Shown here piece by piece: positions 55,637 to 64,000 of a stretch of 64,000 bases of DNA. Below the pieces are notes generated by a model. That model saw nothing but the letters and a program-made list of their open reading frames with translations, did not search any database and had not been told where the DNA came from. The DNA is from the human T2T-CHM13v2.0 reference genome, Homo sapiens, in assembly GCF_009914755.1 (NCBI RefSeq), contig NC_060929.1. One strand, 5' to 3'. The position numbers and the translations under genes were made by a program. How positions within the stretch are numbered: the first letter of the stretch is position 1; every line of letters starts with the position of its first letter.

Positions 55637-57071
55637 AAAATGCAGACTGTCAGGTCCTCTCTAGACCCACTGAACTATCCCGCCCACCCTGGGACGGTCC
55701 CCAGTGCCAGTGTTTTACCCATGTTCCCTCTGTAAGTCTTATGCACACCGCAATTTGAGAGCCCCACTGGTATAAAGTGAGTGAAACCCAGGCAGAGACA
55801 GGCAAAATGGTGAGGCCCGCATCCTATTGGTGAGTCACACAGGGAACGCTGAAATTCATGGCCTTCTCCAGGCTACTGGGAACCCATGGGCGGTGATGGA
55901 GGGAGTGGTGCCACCTTCACTTGCTGCTGAGGCTCTTCCCCCTCTCCCCAGCATACTCCTTACCTGGCTGTCTCTCCTCATGTATAAGGAACCTATAGTG
56001 GTGTAGAATCTACTCTTCTTCCCCCTGTGGCTTCCAGGCCCCCCTGTATAGCTGCTATCCAGCCCGATTTCTCACCACTGGCCCAGGGCTTCCTCCTGCC
56101 CCGTGGCTTCACGTCTCTGAACACATCAATCTCTGATGTTCTCTCTCCTTCCATTGAATTCCACCAGACACATTCAGGGTTTACTTCGTAATGTCTTCAT
56201 ATGAGTATCAATCAACACCTTCCCCAACTCAATTGTACTAGGTTGTAGAGCACAAGGATGGTCTCGTGCTGCTCTGTGGCACCTGTGCCTACACTCCTCT
56301 GAGCTTTGAGGAGGCTGCTCTCTTTGCTGACCCCATGATCTTTTCTGCCCTTCTGTTAAGGGCATTGGCCACAGCAACGGGGCAAATGCCCCAAGCTGGC
56401 TGTAAGTGACCCATCCCTTTGGCTCCCATGATTAGACCAAGGAGAGGCATGGGGTCCAGCTGAGCCATTCAGAACCATTCCTTAGCATTTTCCACTCAAA
56501 GGTTAGAGATGAGATTTTCTCTTCCCAAGGCTACCTCTGGCCATGGTTCCAGCTTCATGGGGGCAATGGGATTAGGAAAATGAGGTCAACCTGCAAAGGA
56601 AAGCAGATGCAAGAGATGGAGACAGAATGGGGGTGTCCTGGGGATCTTGGAGCCTGAATTCATTGGCACAAAAGGCAGCAGCATCCTCACTGTATCTGCA
56701 GTCCATTTGGACTCAATAAAAACTTTGAAAGTCACATGTGTTATGGAATTCCTTCTCAGTGACACATTCATCTGTGCTCAGTTGTCCCAGCAAGGGTCAG
56801 CCCCTCATACCCCTGCAGCATCCGCTGCTATGAAGCAGAGCTGTAAACGCCCTCCCTGTGTATAGGAAAAGCTACATGGAGCAAATCCTCCTGCCTGAAG
56901 AAGTGCATCTCAGCATCACTTCAGCTGTCGGGGCATTTGTGGGGAGAACCAGACCACCTCTGCGGAAGGCAGCAGACCCTCTTCCAGCCATGGATGGAGT
57001 TGAATTCTCTATAAACGGTTCACCAGCAAACCACCAATACATTCCATTGTTTGCCTAGAGAGAAATTTAAA

Positions 57072-57081
57072 AATAAATAAA
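57072..57081 (+). terminator. Distal polyadenylation signal (overlapping AATAAATAAA)
   Basis: Double AATAAA followed by a GU/U-rich element (ttgtgcatgtgtctttt). Confidence 0.8.
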
Positions 57082-58089
57082 TGTTCACTTATAATTGTGC
57101 ATGTGTCTTTTCCAGGACCTTCAGGAAACAAAGCCGGGAAATGTGAAATGACCCCCTCAAGCTCACATAAATAATAAATGGCTACAGCTAGGATGCTAAT
57201 TCCATCTTTCAACTCCAAAATCTCTATTTTCTTTCAGCTCCAGCTTCTGTTTCACGGTGGCGTTACCACAGCACACCACATGAGGCCCTAATTGTAGAGC
57301 CGTAGAATCCTTGGTCTTGAAGAATGAAGTCACAAATTCCTGTGGTTTCTCTGCACAGGGTGGGGAGAAAGGCAGGATACTAGGATACTACTCTGAAAAA
57401 AGACAGCAAACCTCACTGGGTTTGGTCCTCCCACTCCTAAAGGCAACGGTTGCCTTTGAGTACAGACCTTTTTGCAATATGCACATGTGCTTTCTGTATC
57501 TCAAGAAGGCTAATGACTAAGATTCTTCTAGTTAACTATCCCCTTGCTAAGCAGTCTCCAGCCACGCTGGCCTTTCTTTTTCTCCTTCCCTCCACCAGCA
57601 CTTTGCAGTCCTAATTCCTTCTGCCTGGTGCACTCTTCCTCCATGTCTTCACATCGACTTCACATAGCCAGCTTCTTCTCACCCTTCAGGTCTCAGCTGG
57701 AGCCTCACCCCTCAAGATCCCTCTCCACCCTGGAGCATAAGTTCTTAAAGCAGGGACCTCATTTGCCTTGTTTTTGTTAGGTCTGATGTAGAGTGGGTTC
57801 TTAATATTTGTGAAATGAATTGAATGAATGGATGTGATGAAAAATCTGCCTCAAAGGTGTATTTAGTCTCTACATCTTTGTCATTCTAATCAGGAAGCCG
57901 GAAAGGCTCTGTGTAGAACAGAAGTACTAAAAGCTGGTTTTGTCAGGTGCCAGGGTGCAGACCCCCCTCCCATCCAGCTCAGGACATCACCCCCTGCCCC
58001 CAAACACACTTGTGACTCCACAGCATAAAGAAGCGGAAGTGATTGGGAGCTAACACACACATAATGTTTAAATTCGCTGAAGAGCCAGG

Positions 58090-59073
<984 letters not shown>

Positions 59074-59741
59074 TAGGAGAATGTGGTAAGTAATAAATTT
59101 GCAACCAACCACAGAGTAGCTGATAAATATACATGAAGCTAATTAGAGTAACAAAAGAACACAAGCTTGCCATTGCAGTACTTTTTACCATTTGCATTTA
59201 TGTATTTGATTCTTTAGTTTTATCTGTCTGTTTATTAGGATGTTGGAGACACAGGGCAGGCACCATGCATATCTTGTTCACTATTTTAGCCCTGGGGCCA
59301 TGACAGTCCCTGACAGATGGCAGACCCTCCAACACTTGTTCAGTGAGTGAATTAAGCTAAGACCAAAGTTCTAATTCCAATCCTGCCAAGTACCAACACG
59401 AATGTGGGCACACACTTCCAAATGGTTTTCAACCCTCTCTGCAGGCTGCTATGACAACAAGTGACTGGATGCACTGTTTCCCCAGAGGGAGGCATAAGTG
59501 TATGATTGGTGACAGGAGATAATGTTAGGTGGTACATGGGTGAATTTTTATATTTATAGTCATATTTGTTTTAATATACATAATATATAACTTGTCCATC
59601 AAACCCATGCTTTCACAGATATTACTGTTTAAGATGAGGATAAGTAAATATTTAAGTTAATAAAGTGAATCAATTTAAAGAAAAATATGTACTTAGGTGA
59701 AACAAAGAAATGGCAAAAATAGTGATGATGAAAACATCTGG

Positions 59742-60044
59742 GGCCGGGCGCAGTGGCTCACGCACCCTGGGTGGGCCTTCCCACCACCCTTGTGATAGGA
59801 GGGAGAGGGAAAAAGAGAGGTTTTCAAGGATCAGGGGACCTGCCTCCTCCTAGGTCAGGGCTTTGTCTCAGCCCCACCCCTCCCTAGGAGAGTCACCGTG
59901 TGCTTGGGGGCATTCTCACTGTGCATAGGAGAGTGCACAGCTGAGGCAGGAGAATTGCTTGAACCTGGGAGGCGGAGGTTGCAGTGAACCGAGATCGTGC
60001 CACGGCACTCCAGCCTGGGCAATGGAGTGAGACTCTGTCTCAAA
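59742..60044 (+). mobile_element. Chimeric, tailless Alu with a non-Alu core
   Basis: 22 nt of Alu 5' end, ~176 nt of unique sequence, then the Alu right-arm end. Confidence 0.8.
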
Positions 60045-60157
60045 GAGCGTGCCCTCTCCCAGAGCCTCAGGATGGGAGCCTAGTGTCTTTTTTGAAAAAA
60101 ATTAGACTTAGTTTTCAATTATTATGTAAGTAATTGATACACATCATTAAGTAAAAA

Positions 60158-60662
60158 TGATAGGAGGCCATGGTTTTGGACTAAGCTCCTGCACCAGGCC
60201 CCAACAGACCAGACTAAAAATCAGAATGGAGTCACCCATGCTCAAGTTTCATGTCACCAAACCTAAACTAAGTTACCTGACCTTCAGGGAAATCGGGAGA
60301 GAGAGAACACCCAATTTCCCAGACAGGTCCTTTGAAGCCTTCAGTCCTTCAGTCATGAAGAAGTTCCCTCTGCCTTAATCCTTACAGGCAAAAAGGTAGC
60401 CTGAAGGAAACTGTCGTTAACTACGCAGTTATTTTTCTATTATTCTATTATGTCCCTATCTTATGAGAAAAGTAACTTTGAAAGGACTAATACATCCTGT
60501 TCTTAGCTTCTGCTTCCTTCAGGCCTTCTCTATGAAGCCAGCCTATTCTGCTCAGCGCTTTGGAACACTGATTCTATTTCATGGACCGAAGCATTGCCCA
60601 ATTGTAGAATTGCAATAAAGCCAACTGAGATCTTTAAATTGGCTATAATTCATCCTTTGGCA
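60158..60662 (+). mobile_element. ERV1-type solo LTR
   Basis: TG...CA termini, cagaccagactaaaaatcagaatggagtc motif, internal AATAAA near 60614; family not assigned. Confidence 0.7.
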
Positions 60663-60795
60663 ATACAGTAAAAAAAAAAAATTCTCACAATTCTGTAGAA
60701 GGGTATGAGATATACAATAAAAGACACCCCCACCCTCTGCAATCTACCACTCACAGTAGTTTATCTGGTGGTTTCCACTTTTTAACAATGGTCTG

Positions 60796-61453
<658 letters not shown>

Positions 61454-61850
61454 TCATCATCTTCAGTAAGACCTCTCCACTCATCACCATAAAGATGAGG
61501 ACATTATGGCACATACTTACCCTTTCTCCTTCCCAGCCACAACTTCTAATTTTTCTTAGTTACATTATTATTTTTATATAGTTTAAAAAAGGGTATCACA
61601 TTTACGCACTGCTCTGTAATCATGTAATCCTAAAGCTTCCTCTGCTGTGAGTTGATTTAGAAAGTTAAAAACTAGTAAACAGCATTTACAGATTGATGGG
61701 GAAATCAACATTATTCCCTATGGAAACAAGTAGTGTGTGATCAGAGCTGGGTCATTAAAACTTTACCACTAGAAGGAAAATTTAAGGTTCCAGTCATTCT
61801 TTCCCTCCCCATAGCTTTTTTCATTTCTTCCTAGTCAGTTCATTTTCTCT

Positions 61851-62841
61851 TGAGAAGTAAAACCAAAATCCTAAGCCCCATGACGGACTGAATGGATGTC
61901 CTATCCTGTTGGCCAAGGAGAGCCCGGGACGGCATCTGGAGGTGGGACACACCTCCTTATACCCCCGCCCTCCCTAGCTTCCAGTAGGCATTCTTTCCTA
62001 AAATCTAAACAGAAACCAGACCTTTGGAAAGCCTGGCTTCACCGCTGATTTCCACCAACTCCCCCTCCCTTTTGCCATTTCACCACAACAACCAACATGC
62101 ATTCCTTCCTGATAAGAGGCCACCCACCACTGAATGGTTCTGGCCAGTTTACAACGGATGTGCAGGGAGGGTTTTCATATCCTCCCCTTCGCCTTTTGAC
62201 ATCAGAGGCCCAGAAGCTCCACCCTCAGATCATGGTAAGGACACCATGTTTTGTACAGGGGTCCCATGAAGGGGCATGAAGCTCAGTTGCGCAGGCACAC
62301 GTTTCTCCTTTCATAGATATTAGTGACCCCTCCTACAGCTTATTAAATATATATATTTGGCCACCTGCTCAGCACACATTCTTTTTTCCTCTGCCCTTCC
62401 CTCAAAGTGCATGTTTTCAGCTACTGGCTGGAGGCTACACTTTCCAGCCTGTCAGAGTGGCCACCTGCAGCATGCAACTCTTTATGTGAAATAAAGCTGT
62501 CCTCTCCAAATTTATGAACCTCATCATTCTTCTCTTGACTCTTTTTTTTTTTTTTTAAGACAGTCTCACTCTGTTGCCCAGGCTGGCGTGCAGTGGTGCG
62601 ATCTCAGCCCACTGCAACCTCCACCTCTGGGTTCAAGTGATTCTCCTGCCTCAGCCTCCTGAGCAGCTGGGATTACAGGTACCCGCCACCACTCCCGGCT
62701 AATTTTTGTATTTTTGGTAGAGATGGGATTTCACCATGTTGGCCAGGCTGGTCTCGAACTTCTGACCTCATGATTTGCCCACCTCTGCCTCCCAAAGTGC
62801 TGGGATTACAGGCGTGACCCACCATGCCCAGCCACTTGACA
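61851..62841 (+). mobile_element. MER39-like ERV1 solo LTR with an antisense Alu (62542-62833) inserted at its 3' end
   Basis: tgagaagtaaaaccaaaatcctaagcccc start; TATA-like tract ~62345; AATAAA ~62490; ctct TSD at 61847 and 62842. Confidence 0.65.
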
Positions 62842-62984
62842 CTCTTAACCCATGTCCTCATTTTTAGACTCCTAATCCACCAGCAAGTTCTGCCAATTCT
62901 GTCTCTAAAATATATCATAAATCTATCCATTTTTTTTTCTGCTACCATTTTGATTTATCATTGCTGACCTGAACTTCTTGGAAT

Positions 62985-63881
<897 letters not shown>

Positions 63882-64000
63882 AACACCACCCAACAAAAAT
63901 TCACCACCCATCTACTCATCCAAACCCTCTAATGGTTCCCATTGTGCATAGAATAAAATAAAAAACCCCTGCCTTGACTTTACGTGGGTAAAGGGAAAGG

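Overview
Human genomic DNA (about 45 Alu copies or fragments plus L1, L2, MIR, LTR and DNA-transposon relics) covering the 3' two-thirds of WWC1 (KIBRA, Hippo-pathway and synaptic scaffold) on the + strand. The window holds the end of intron 9, 14 coding exons (10-23; all GT-AG, phases consistent, 2158 coding nt ending ...ALSADDV-TAA at 53809), a 3' UTR with proximal (~54.5 kb) and distal (~57.1 kb) poly(A) signals, and about 7 kb of repeat-rich downstream DNA. The haplotype encodes I734/A735 in the C2 domain and appears to carry the T allele of rs17070145. The most unusual structure is a ~137-bp templated insertion in an intron-17 L1 relic: an inverted, diverged copy of the Glu-rich core of exon 18 fused to a direct copy of the exon's upstream flank, so the pre-mRNA could fold back on exon 18. 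Other oddities are a fold-back Alu hairpin before exon 12, two Alus stacked at a triplicated target site in the long 3' UTR, a chimeric tailless Alu, and a candidate microexon beside rs17070145. No prokaryotic-type systems, tRNA/rRNA or CRISPR arrays are present. Exon numbering, rs IDs and repeat subfamily names come from recall and were not checked against databases; repeat boundaries are approximate.
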